The position numbers were made by a program, and so were the translations under genes. This document shows, one piece after another, positions 55,482 to 64,000 of a DNA stretch of 64,000 bases (position 1 is the first letter of the stretch; the number at the start of each line of letters is the position of its first letter). The notes under the pieces were generated by a model. It made no database searches. It was not told the DNA's origin and saw nothing but the letters and a program-made list of their open reading frames with translations. Origin of the DNA: an uncultured Bdellovibrio sp. (GTDB taxonomy: Bacteria; Bdellovibrionota; Bdellovibrionia; Bdellovibrionales; Bdellovibrionaceae); assembly GCA_963932905.1 (NCBI GenBank), contig CAWVRN010000003.1:160001-224000 (forward strand), in the 5' to 3' direction.

Positions 55482-57644
55482 CTATTTCTCTACGTTCAAT
55501 AGTCTTAATGAATTCGCTATAACCAAAAGCGTAGCGCCCATATCTGCTGCCACCGCCAGCCAAAGGCTTGAGTATCCTATAGCTCCCAATACTATGAAAA
55601 TCGCCTTGGTTACCAACGCAAACGTAATATTGAATCTAATTATATTCAAAGCCTTTCGGCCTTTATTTACAGCTTTTGCCAATTGATTTAAATCATCCGT
55701 CATTAGCGCAACGTCCGCTGTTTCGATTGCCGCATCAGTTCCAGCGGCGCCCATCGCGATACCGATTGTCGCTTGAGCTAGCGCTGGCGCATCATTAATT
55801 CCATCGCCAACCATTCCTACAAATTCGTGTCGGTCTATAAGTTTTTTGATTTCTTCAACTTTATTTTCGGGAAGCATATCGCCTTTTGCAGAGTCAATTC
55901 CAACACGTTTTGCTATTGCACTTGCTGTTAATTGATTGTCTCCACTTAGCATCGAAATTTCTAAAATACCTTCTTTGTGAAGGTCTTTGATTGCCTGATT
56001 TACGTTTGCTCTTGGTTCGTCAGCCATCCCCAGAATTCCAAGGATCTTACCATAGGACTGGCCATCATTTTTACGTCCAATTACAAGGACAGACTGTGCT
56101 TCACTCTCTAATGATTTTAGGTAAGTTTCAATCTCAGGTGTACAAACACCTAACTCGTGAGCCAATTTATGGTTACCCGCAAAAAACGAGAATGAGTCGA
56201 TCGTTCCTTCAATACCTTTTCCTTGAATGACTTTGAAACCGTGAACAGGCTTTGCCTGAATTTTTTTATCTTCAGAGTATTTAACAACTGCTCGCGCCAA
56301 AGGATGAGTTGATTCTTTTTCTAGTGATAAAGCAATGGTTAGCAATTCTGCTTCTGACTCGGCTTTGATCAATTTTGTCGATACAACTTTGGGAACTCCT
56401 TCAGTAATTGTACCTGTTTTATCCACTGCAAGTGCGCGAAGTTTTCCTAGTGATTCCAAATACACTCCGCCTTTAACTAGAACTCCCATTTTTGCAAGTG
56501 CTGTCAGTGCAGACACTACTGATACAGGCGTGGCAATTACCAGGGCGCATGGACAGGCAATAACAAGAAACACCAATGATCTATACAACCAAGTATTTGA
56601 ATCGCCATTAAACAAAAGCGGCGGACCTATCGCCAGCAAAATAGCAATCACTGTAACTACCGGGGTGTATATTTTCGCAAATTTATCTACAAATAGTTGG
56701 GCGGGAGCTTTCTGACTTTGAGCCTCCTCTACCATTCTAATTACGTTTGAAATTTTTGAGTCTTTGAAAAGACTTTTAACTTTTACTGTCAGCGTGCCAG
56801 TTTCATTGATCGTTCCGGCCAGAACAGTGTCACCAATCTGTTTAAAGACAGGCTGCGATTCCCCAGTTAGCGGAGCTTGATTAACCGAAGAGGTACCTTT
56901 CTCGACAATTCCGTCTAGCGGAACTCGATCACCACCTAGGATTATAATTGTCTCTCCGATTTGAACTTCCTCTACAGGTTTTGCAAACCTACCTTTTGGA
57001 GTTTCAACCAGAGCATTTTGGGGAGTAATTGAGAGTACATCCTGGATAGCTTTTCTTGCGCGCGCCACACTAAATGCTTCGAGCAACTCCGCTAGCGAAA
57101 ATAGAAAGACAACTGCCGCACCTTCGGAATATTCTTTAATGAAAAAGGCTCCCACAGCGGCTATCACCATCAATACATTCATATCTAAAGAAAGCTGTTT
57201 TACTGCTCTATATGCTTTCGGAGCAATTAGCGATCCGCCTAACAAAGTGGATGCTAAAAAGAGACCAAATAGGAGTTCTTCAGGTGGACTAGCCAACCAT
57301 TGTAGCAGCAAACCAATCGACAACAAAACTCCAGAGGTCACAACTAGCCAAACTCGAGATTTGTTATTCGAATAAAACGACGCAGTGACTTTCTCATCAC
57401 GAACCGTAACCCCGGATTTATTGATTAACGCTTTGACATCATCTCGAGTGACGTCTGGATCATGTTCGACTTGAACCTGAGACGACATCAAATTTGCCGT
57501 TACCCTACCTATTTTTGGAATATTCAGACTATTCTGGATAGCTGCTATTTCGTCAGCACAATCCATTCCGGCGACGTTAAATGTCGATGTAACACTTTTA
57601 TTGAGTTTATTTACAACAATCGTTGAATCTTGTGTTTCATTCAT
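55482..57644 (-). CDS. Zn/Cd/Pb-translocating P1B-type ATPase (ZntA/CadA-like)
   Basis: [32 protein letters not shown] and ADMG in the last helices. Confidence 0.9.
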   Translation of the reverse strand: MNETQDSTIVVNKLNKSVTSTFNVAGMDCADEIAAIQNSLNIPKIGRVTANLMSSQVQVEHDPDVTRDDVKALINKSGVTVRDEKVTASFYSNNKSRVWLVVTSGVLLSIGLLLQWLASPPEELLFGLFLASTLLGGSLIAPKAYRAVKQLSLDMNVLMVIAAVGAFFIKEYSEGAAVVFLFSLAELLEAFSVARARKAIQDVLSITPQNALVETPKGRFAKPVEEVQIGETIIILGGDRVPLDGIVEKGTSSVNQAPLTGESQPVFKQIGDTVLAGTINETGTLTVKVKSLFKDSKISNVIRMVEEAQSQKAPAQLFVDKFAKIYTPVVTVIAILLAIGPPLLFNGDSNTWLYRSLVFLVIACPCALVIATPVSVVSALTALAKMGVLVKGGVYLESLGKLRALAVDKTGTITEGVPKVVSTKLIKAESEAELLTIALSLEKESTHPLARAVVKYSEDKKIQAKPVHGFKVIQGKGIEGTIDSFSFFAGNHKLAHELGVCTPEIETYLKSLESEAQSVLVIGRKNDGQSYGKILGILGMADEPRANVNQAIKDLHKEGILEISMLSGDNQLTASAIAKRVGIDSAKGDMLPENKVEEIKKLIDRHEFVGMVGDGINDAPALAQATIGIAMGAAGTDAAIETADVALMTDDLNQLAKAVNKGRKALNIIRFNITFALVTKAIFIVLGAIGYSSLWLAVAADMGATLLVIANSLRLLNVEK

Positions 57645-57662
57645 AAATTTACCTTTTGACTG

Positions 57663-58037
57663 CTAATTTTTTTTCACAAAGCTTCCGGCTTTTATTGGTG
57701 CCATGTTTTCGGTTTTCAATACGACTTCGTGAATATTTTCACTTGAAGTTACAATTGCATCTGACACCTTTTGGTCTACGCACTCCACTCGAGTAACTGT
57801 ACTCCATCTTTTTTGGTGGGCCTTTCTCCTGCAATTGCTTTCGAAAATCTCTAGGGTCTTACCATTTTGAATGCTCCGCCCTTCCAGGCATACGGTAGCC
57901 GCACCGTTCTCTGAAGTCCTAATATCTCCCACGACATGTTCATGTCGTGGGAGTGCGGAACAACCGCCAAGGAAAACCAGAGACAGATTCAAAACTAAAA
58001 GTGTTATGTTACTTTGAATCTTTCTTGTCGTCTTCAT
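57663..58037 (-). CDS. Lipoprotein, hypothetical
   Basis: Lipobox LGGC; similar Cys pattern to 58270-58620; start uncertain. Confidence 0.55.
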   Translation of the reverse strand: MKTTRKIQSNITLLVLNLSLVFLGGCSALPRHEHVVGDIRTSENGAATVCLEGRSIQNGKTLEIFESNCRRKAHQKRWSTVTRVECVDQKVSDAIVTSSENIHEVVLKTENMAPIKAGSFVKKN

Positions 58038-58227
58038 GTTCATGGTCCTCGTGTTTTTTGTCTTTATCATCACACTTACAATTCTTCTCGTCCTTCTTGC
58101 ACTTTTTACACTTGTGATCTTTGTGCGCGTGCGCACTCTTATCTTTGTGATTATGCTCGTCACCAGCAAAAGCGGACGTGCCGGTTAGCAGACCGAGCGC
58201 TGCAACTGTTAATAAAACTTGTTTCAT
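58009..58227 (-). CDS. Small secreted His/Cys-rich metal-binding protein
   Basis: AGGAG RBS, signal peptide, HKCKKCK..NCKC, His-rich. Confidence 0.65.
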   Translation of the reverse strand: MKQVLLTVAALGLLTGTSAFAGDEHNHKDKSAHAHKDHKCKKCKKDEKNCKCDDKDKKHEDHEHEDDKKDSK

Positions 58228-58269
58228 ACGTACTCCTTTTTAAAAAAGCGAAAATTCGCTTTCGTTGAT

Positions 58270-58620
58270 TCAATTGTCTGATTTTTCGACCGTCATTTCG
58301 CCTTCAACCTTAAACGTCGGCGTTTCTATTATGGCCGTATCTTTGGTAAGTATCTTAATGACTTTGCTAGTTCCAACTTTTACCGAATCGCAAGAATGAT
58401 CGACTTGCTCAATTTTCGCATTTGATTTTCTCTTGGGGCACACCTTTTTAAAGATGTCTACGGAATCACCTTCTTTAACTTCAGGCGATCCAATTTTAAC
58501 CCTAACTCCTTCAGGAATTTCAGATCGTTGCTCAGTTCCCATAATTTTATGGTAATGGGCACATCCTACATTGAACGCTAATACCGATAACATTAAAAAA
58601 ACTAACTTAATTTTTTTCAT
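58270..58620 (-). CDS. Lipoprotein, hypothetical
   Basis: Lipobox VGC; GGAG RBS. Confidence 0.6.
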   Translation of the reverse strand: MKKIKLVFLMLSVLAFNVGCAHYHKIMGTEQRSEIPEGVRVKIGSPEVKEGDSVDIFKKVCPKRKSNAKIEQVDHSCDSVKVGTSKVIKILTKDTAIIETPTFKVEGEMTVEKSDN

Positions 58621-58652
58621 TTAATCTCCAATTATTTTGATTTTGGAAGAAA

Positions 58653-58910
58653 CTAGTACGGCTTATCCATCCAGCGACCATATTTTTTTTTCGTTTTAAC
58701 CCGTTTAAGTTTTTTCCCTTTCTTTCCCTTACCGACGATAAAGAATCCCCATATTAGCATTCCCACAAACACAACCATCACTGAGACCGGATACCATGTG
58801 TAATCCGGTCTTTCTCTTCTTGTTAGCTCGGTCGGAGCTCGTAGAATACTTTCCTTGTTTGGATTCTCTTGAGCATGTGCACCAAAGTGCGAAAATGCCA
58901 ATTGATCCAT
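58653..58910 (-). CDS. Small single-TM hypothetical protein
   Basis: AGGAG RBS; TM segment then basic tail. Confidence 0.5.
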   Translation of the reverse strand: MDQLAFSHFGAHAQENPNKESILRAPTELTRRERPDYTWYPVSVMVVFVGMLIWGFFIVGKGKKGKKLKRVKTKKKYGRWMDKPY

Positions 58911-58922
58911 AACAACTCCTAT

Positions 58923-61900
58923 TTAGTGGGCGACTCGTCCTTTCATTTTTGATTCAAACACCGAGAAAACGATTGGTAGTACAACCAGAGTAAGTAGAGT
59001 CGATGAAATAATTCCACCGATAACCACCGACGCCAGCGGTTTCTGAACTTCAGATCCAACGCCCGATGAAAGCATCATTGGAATAAACCCAAATACAGCA
59101 ACCAAAGCGGTCATCATAACCGGACGAAGTCGAACCAAAGTCCCTTGTAGAACCAAATCTTTTCCTGTCTTTCCTTCAAGTTTTAGCTGATTGAAGAAGT
59201 TTACAAGCACGACCCCATTCAGAACTGCTATACCCGACAACGCGATAAATCCGATACCTGCTGAAATACTAAATGGAAGACCATTCAAAATCAGACCGAT
59301 AACGCCGCCGACCAGCGCCATTGGCACACATGCAAAAATCAACAATGTTTGTGCAACACTGCCAAACGCCGCGTAAACCATCATGAGCACCAGTACCATC
59401 GCAACCGGAGCAAGGATCATCAATCGAGAACGGGCTTGTTCCAAGTTCTTGAAGTTACCGCCCCACTCGACATAGTATCCAGTTGGTAACTTCACTTCTT
59501 TTTCAACCAAGGCGCGCGCTTCATTAACGAAAGATTCAGTATCTCGACCGCGCAAGTTAATCAGTACAGCAGTTCGACGATTTGAGTTCTCGCGATTCAC
59601 TGAACCATACGTCTCTTGAAACTTGATCGAAGCAAGGTCCTTCAGTGGCACAATAGTATTTGTAGCAATCCCAACTGGAAGCTCACGAACGGCATCGATA
59701 TCAGATCGAAGATCGTTATCCATTCTAACAACGATTGGAAACTTCTTTTCAGCTTCATACAAATAGCCAGCTTCTTGACCACCTAATGCAATCGAGATTG
59801 CATTAAGCACGTCAGAGATAGAGGCATTATATTTCTTAAGATTTTCTTCTTGTGGCTCGATCTTAAGAACAGGCGAGGTACCCGCAAGATCTACTTCGAC
59901 GTCACCAGCTCCCTTAACCTTCGATGCAACCTCTTGAATTTTTTTTGCAGTTTGAACTAGGGTATCTAGATCAGGACCAAAGATCTTAACTGATACATCC
60001 GCCCGTGTTCCCTCTAGCAATTCATTAAAACGCATCTGAATAGGTTGAGATGCAAGATATGTTTGTCCCGGAACTTCCAGGTTCAACTTTTCCACGATTG
60101 CCGAAGTCAATTCTTGGTAAGTACGTTTTTTACCATCAATCTCTTTCCATTCAGAACGTGGCTTAAGCATGATGTAACTATCCGAAACGTTAACACCCAT
60201 AGGATCAGTCGCCACTTCACTCGTACCAATACGAGAGAACACGTGACTAACTTCTGGGAAAGTTTCTACCACTTTGTCCGCCTTACGTTGCATTTCAACC
60301 GACTGAGTTAAGTTTGCATTCACAGGACGAATCATGTGAAACGCAAATGACCCTTCACCAAGTTGAGGCAAGAATTCAGCACCGCGAGATGCAAACAATA
60401 CAACACCCACCACAACGGAAGCTACGGCTAGTGCCATTGTCATTTTCGCGCGTTTAAATGCAAAATTAAAGATTGGGATATAGATTGCGCGAATCCACTC
60501 CATCAATTTAGGCTCTTTATCCGCAGCTTTTCCTGACAAGAACACACTCGCTAAAGCTGGTGCTGTAGTAAACGACATTATCAATGAAGCCGCCACCGCA
60601 AAAATGAACGTAGAAGCCATTGGTTGGAACATTTTGCCTTCAACGCCAGTCAAAGCAAATACTGGTAGGAACACCATGATGATGATTAACTCACCAAAAC
60701 CGGCCGCCGTTCTGATTTCCACTGTTGCTTCGTAAACTGCTTCTTTCACTTCTTCACGAGACAGCGACCTTCCGAACTCTTGAGAGCGCTTATGAATATA
60801 GCGAACGCAGTTATCCAAGACAATTACCGTACCGTCGACGATAATACCGAAATCTAGCGCACCTAAGCTCATTAGGTTTCCAGAGATTCCCATTGGCTTC
60901 ATCACCAAGAATGTTGCTAATAGAGAGAATGGAATCGTCACAGCCGTAATAATAGCCGCTCGAATATTTCCTAATAGAATCAAAAGAATGATCGTTACAA
61001 GCAAAGCACCCATAATTAAATTATGTTCTACTGTGCCAAGAGTTGCGTTCACTAGATCAGAACGATTGTATACAGTTGTGATCGATACGCCTTCTGGAAG
61101 TTGTTTATTGATCTCGGCCATTTTTTCATGAACACGAGTTGATACTGTCCGGCTGTTTTCACCTAACAACATCATAACCGTTCCAAGAACCGCTTCCTCA
61201 CCGTCAAAAGTTGCCGATCCAGTTCGTAATTCTTTTCCTAGAGTTACTTTTGCAATATCAGCGATAGTGATCGTTCTAAAAGACTCTAAGGTCTTTACGG
61301 GAACTCGACCGATCTCATCAGGGTTCTTAATCAAACCCACACCCTGAATTAAAAACTGCTCGGCAGTTTGTTCTACGTATCCTCCGCCGACGTTTCTATT
61401 AACTTTCTCAAGAGCTTGAACGATGTCATCAAAATGAATTCCGTTCGCGGCCATTTTCTTTGGATCTGGTTGAACATGAAATTGTTTCTCAAATCCACCA
61501 GAAGTATTAATCTCAGCAACACCTTCAACCGTTAACAATCGCGGTTTAACAAACCAATCTTGCAAAGATTTTAACTCCATTAGCTGGCGAGTGCGTTCAT
61601 CACCGGATTTTTTCTCTTTGAAATCGATCACGTACTGATAGATTTCTCCAAGACCCGTTGAAATTGGACCCAAACCTGGCTTCGCAGATGGTGGCAAATC
61701 CGACGCAATCCCTTGAAGCCGCTCAGACACAAGCTGACGCGCTCGATAGATATCAAGTCCATCTTTGAACACGACTGTGACTTGTGAAAGACCGAATCGA
61801 GTAATCGATCGAACCTGCTGAACACCAGCGATACCTCGCATAGATGATTCAATCGGAAACGTAATTGTTCTTTCAATCTCTTCAGGAGCTAGGCCTTCAA

Positions 61901-62057
61901 TGACCGTGTTTACTTGCACCTGATTATTTGTGATATCAGGAACAGCATCAATCGGAAGACTTTGAAAACTGTAAATCCCAGCTACAACCATTAGGAGTGT
62001 TAACAATAGAATCACTCCTCGATTGAATATGGAAAAACGTATAATTTTGTTTAACAT
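58923..62057 (-). CDS. czcA: CzcA/CusA-family heavy-metal RND efflux pump
   Basis: LPIDAVPDITNNQVQ, GALDFGIIVDG, RLRPVMMTALVA. Confidence 0.93.
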   Translation of the reverse strand: MLNKIIRFSIFNRGVILLLTLLMVVAGIYSFQSLPIDAVPDITNNQVQVNTVIEGLAPEEIERTITFPIESSMRGIAGVQQVRSITRFGLSQVTVVFKDGLDIYRARQLVSERLQGIASDLPPSAKPGLGPISTGLGEIYQYVIDFKEKKSGDERTRQLMELKSLQDWFVKPRLLTVEGVAEINTSGGFEKQFHVQPDPKKMAANGIHFDDIVQALEKVNRNVGGGYVEQTAEQFLIQGVGLIKNPDEIGRVPVKTLESFRTITIADIAKVTLGKELRTGSATFDGEEAVLGTVMMLLGENSRTVSTRVHEKMAEINKQLPEGVSITTVYNRSDLVNATLGTVEHNLIMGALLVTIILLILLGNIRAAIITAVTIPFSLLATFLVMKPMGISGNLMSLGALDFGIIVDGTVIVLDNCVRYIHKRSQEFGRSLSREEVKEAVYEATVEIRTAAGFGELIIIMVFLPVFALTGVEGKMFQPMASTFIFAVAASLIMSFTTAPALASVFLSGKAADKEPKLMEWIRAIYIPIFNFAFKRAKMTMALAVASVVVGVVLFASRGAEFLPQLGEGSFAFHMIRPVNANLTQSVEMQRKADKVVETFPEVSHVFSRIGTSEVATDPMGVNVSDSYIMLKPRSEWKEIDGKKRTYQELTSAIVEKLNLEVPGQTYLASQPIQMRFNELLEGTRADVSVKIFGPDLDTLVQTAKKIQEVASKVKGAGDVEVDLAGTSPVLKIEPQEENLKKYNASISDVLNAISIALGGQEAGYLYEAEKKFPIVVRMDNDLRSDIDAVRELPVGIATNTIVPLKDLASIKFQETYGSVNRENSNRRTAVLINLRGRDTESFVNEARALVEKEVKLPTGYYVEWGGNFKNLEQARSRLMILAPVAMVLVLMMVYAAFGSVAQTLLIFACVPMALVGGVIGLILNGLPFSISAGIGFIALSGIAVLNGVVLVNFFNQLKLEGKTGKDLVLQGTLVRLRPVMMTALVAVFGFIPMMLSSGVGSEVQKPLASVVIGGIISSTLLTLVVLPIVFSVFESKMKGRVAH

Positions 62058-62075
62058 ATATTTAATTCCTTATAA

Positions 62076-62681
62076 TTAATGAGAGTGACCTTCGGGAGCG
62101 CCACCAAAGGCGGCGATCTCGGCAATTCTAAGTAAGCCAGTTCCTTCGACTACAATTTGATCTCCTGCTTTTAAATCTTTCGACTTAATAACAGCTTTCT
62201 TGTCAGTTTTACTGACGAAGACAAAATCCACGCGTTTGTAGTGGCTATCTCGATAGCGATATAAATTTACTTCTGTCCCTGCGGTAACGATGGCAGTTTT
62301 AGGGATTTCAAACTGTGCAGAAGCAGGAACTTGAACTTTTTTAACATCAAAGTTCTTTTCCGCTTCAGGAGAAATCTGAAAACCTTCTTCTTCACTTGCG
62401 CTTACGATTCCTTTACCTGGGCCTATGTTCTCGTTACCTTCTTCGTGACCGTGGCCTCCATGGCCGCCGCCCTCGTCATGGTCATCATGCTTCTCGCCTT
62501 CATCTGATCCATGATCGTGATCGTCATGCTTTTCATCGCCTTCTTTTCCATGGCCTTCTTGCTTCTCGCCTTTTTCATGTTTGTGCTCGTCTTTCTTCGA
62601 TTCGTTAGCCATTCCAACGTTTTCGTAGAAACAGAACATAACTAGAGCACTAAATAAGATCGTTAAAAATCTTGATCTCAT
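62076..62681 (-). CDS. Short His-rich periplasmic protein in the CzcB position
   Basis: His/Glu/Asp-rich N-half; C-terminal 'IPKTAIV...LKAGDQIVVEG..LL' like an adaptor C-terminus. Confidence 0.65.
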   Translation of the reverse strand: MRSRFLTILFSALVMFCFYENVGMANESKKDEHKHEKGEKQEGHGKEGDEKHDDHDHGSDEGEKHDDHDEGGGHGGHGHEEGNENIGPGKGIVSASEEEGFQISPEAEKNFDVKKVQVPASAQFEIPKTAIVTAGTEVNLYRYRDSHYKRVDFVFVSKTDKKAVIKSKDLKAGDQIVVEGTGLLRIAEIAAFGGAPEGHSH

Positions 62682-63907
62682 AATACAACCTCGCTGAATT
62701 TATTATCCATAATGAGAATTCGTCCGTATGTTTCCAAAGCTTCCAGCTCCGAAGCATTTCTTCGTTCTTCAAGATCAAACAACTGTCGATGCGCTTCAAT
62801 CACCAAAGGACTAGAAACTAACCCTTTGAAAAATTGACGTTCAACCTTCTCATGTCTTTCTTCAAGCGCCTTCACACTTAAGGAATTTTTTAGGCTCGCG
62901 ATCATTTTATTGTATCTATTCACAAGCTCACTTCGAGACGCTGACAATTTTTTACGAGATTGGTCAGCAACTAATTCAGCCTCGATAAGTTTTTGAGAAC
63001 GATACTGACGATTACCGCTGTTTGTTGTTAGAACTGGAATCGGTAAAGAAAGTCCGACGCCAACAAAGGTTGTTGTTTCGCCGTTGTCCTTTGTGAGCTT
63101 CATAGATGGGCCAAGTTTCAAATCAGGCCAAGCTTCACTTTCTGCTCTATCTTTCTGGCTTCTGGCAAGTTTAAGATCAGCAACTGCTTGTCTCATTTGC
63201 GGAGAAGCTTCAATATCACCTTCAACAGAAACTTCAGCCCACTTTTCTTTTCTAGAAGGAAGACTTTTCAAGATTGCTTCCTTCGAAATTCCAGTTACGG
63301 CTGATAATCCCTGAACTAACTTTTCTTGATCCGCTTGGAGCTGAGTTAGCTTTAACTGGTGATCAGAAAGCGCCATTTTAAACACCGTTAGCGACACATC
63401 CTGTTCGGGTGATAATGCCGGTCGTTTTTGAAACTGATCAACGATTTTGGTAAAGGTGTTAACAGACTCATTGCCTAGAGCAATTTCTGTTTTTAGATGG
63501 GAGAGGCGATACAGTGAAAGCATAATTTCTAGTCGAGTTTGATTCACTGAGAGATCACGAGAAGCTTGCGCTCTTTGAATCTCGCTCCTCGCTTCACTCA
63601 CTAACGCATCTTTCTTTCCACCTAATCTCAAAGTAAAGAGTAATGCGGCAGAGGTCTCAGTTTTGTCAGAACCCTTCCAAACACTATCTACATCTAAATC
63701 AGGATTGACCCATTGTTGGGCAGCGTCCTCTAGTTTTGATGCACTCTGTACCTGCTGCTCAGAAATTCTAATGTCCGAAGAGCTTTTCTCAGCGCATTTT
63801 ACAAAATCGGCATAGGAATTAGGCTGGCAATTTGATGCCGCCTCAGCCGAGAACACCGGTTGGAACGCAATAGATAGCGCTACGACAGTGCGAATAACAT
63901 TGTTCAT
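62678..63907 (-). CDS. TolC/CzcC-family outer-membrane efflux protein
   Basis: Signal peptide; 'NPDL', 'WPDL.LG', 'VGLSLPIP'; heads the czc operon. Confidence 0.85.
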   Translation of the reverse strand: MNNVIRTVVALSIAFQPVFSAEAASNCQPNSYADFVKCAEKSSSDIRISEQQVQSASKLEDAAQQWVNPDLDVDSVWKGSDKTETSAALLFTLRLGGKKDALVSEARSEIQRAQASRDLSVNQTRLEIMLSLYRLSHLKTEIALGNESVNTFTKIVDQFQKRPALSPEQDVSLTVFKMALSDHQLKLTQLQADQEKLVQGLSAVTGISKEAILKSLPSRKEKWAEVSVEGDIEASPQMRQAVADLKLARSQKDRAESEAWPDLKLGPSMKLTKDNGETTTFVGVGLSLPIPVLTTNSGNRQYRSQKLIEAELVADQSRKKLSASRSELVNRYNKMIASLKNSLSVKALEERHEKVERQFFKGLVSSPLVIEAHRQLFDLEERRNASELEALETYGRILIMDNKFSEVVL

Positions 63908-64000
63908 TGGAATACTCCAAAAGTAAAAAGTTGTTTGTTTCGAAATCCAAAACGAAAAGCAGTAGCTAATCGATAGACTATCGAATCGTTAAAGTTGTCT

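Noticed and set aside
827..63314. Many short antisense or alternate-frame ORFs in the track (for example 35070, 41443, 56335, 60045)
   Set aside because: They shadow well-supported genes and have no independent motifs.

Overview
AT-rich bacterial window. Gene content (TIGR02147/DUF4423-like regulators, many secreted hypotheticals, an RCC1-repeat protein) suggests a Bdellovibrionota genome; this is inference. About 1-17.9 kb holds lineage-typical secreted enzymes, a LysR-baeRF/Balon-like-HPF-SbtA operon and a 1510-aa M48 peptidase/ABC1-kinase-like fusion. From about 17.96 kb the window is an accessory region built around an intact minus-strand tRNA-Val(GAC) at 47241-47316. Six further co-oriented tRNA-Val fragments (20294, 21692, 26559, 28274, 33999, 47458) all break at the same D-loop point (plus-strand GCTACCA). 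Together with the intact gene they divide the DNA into integrase-free segments of 1.4-13 kb. These segments carry nucleotidyltransferase toxin-antitoxin pairs, secreted proteins, candidate defence genes, IS481 elements and Cu/As resistance. Two fragments are joined to a covarying ~130-bp hairpin element, and a deleted relic of one segment starts at the same junction. Beyond the tRNA lie an unknown gene pair, an accessory dGTPase and a long Czc/ZntA/Sco/Dsb metal-resistance cluster. Other notable points: a MerR-family gene (not ArsR) heads the ars operon, and the copper genes carry both CueR and ECF-sigma promoter motifs. All family calls are from motif recognition only; no searches were run.
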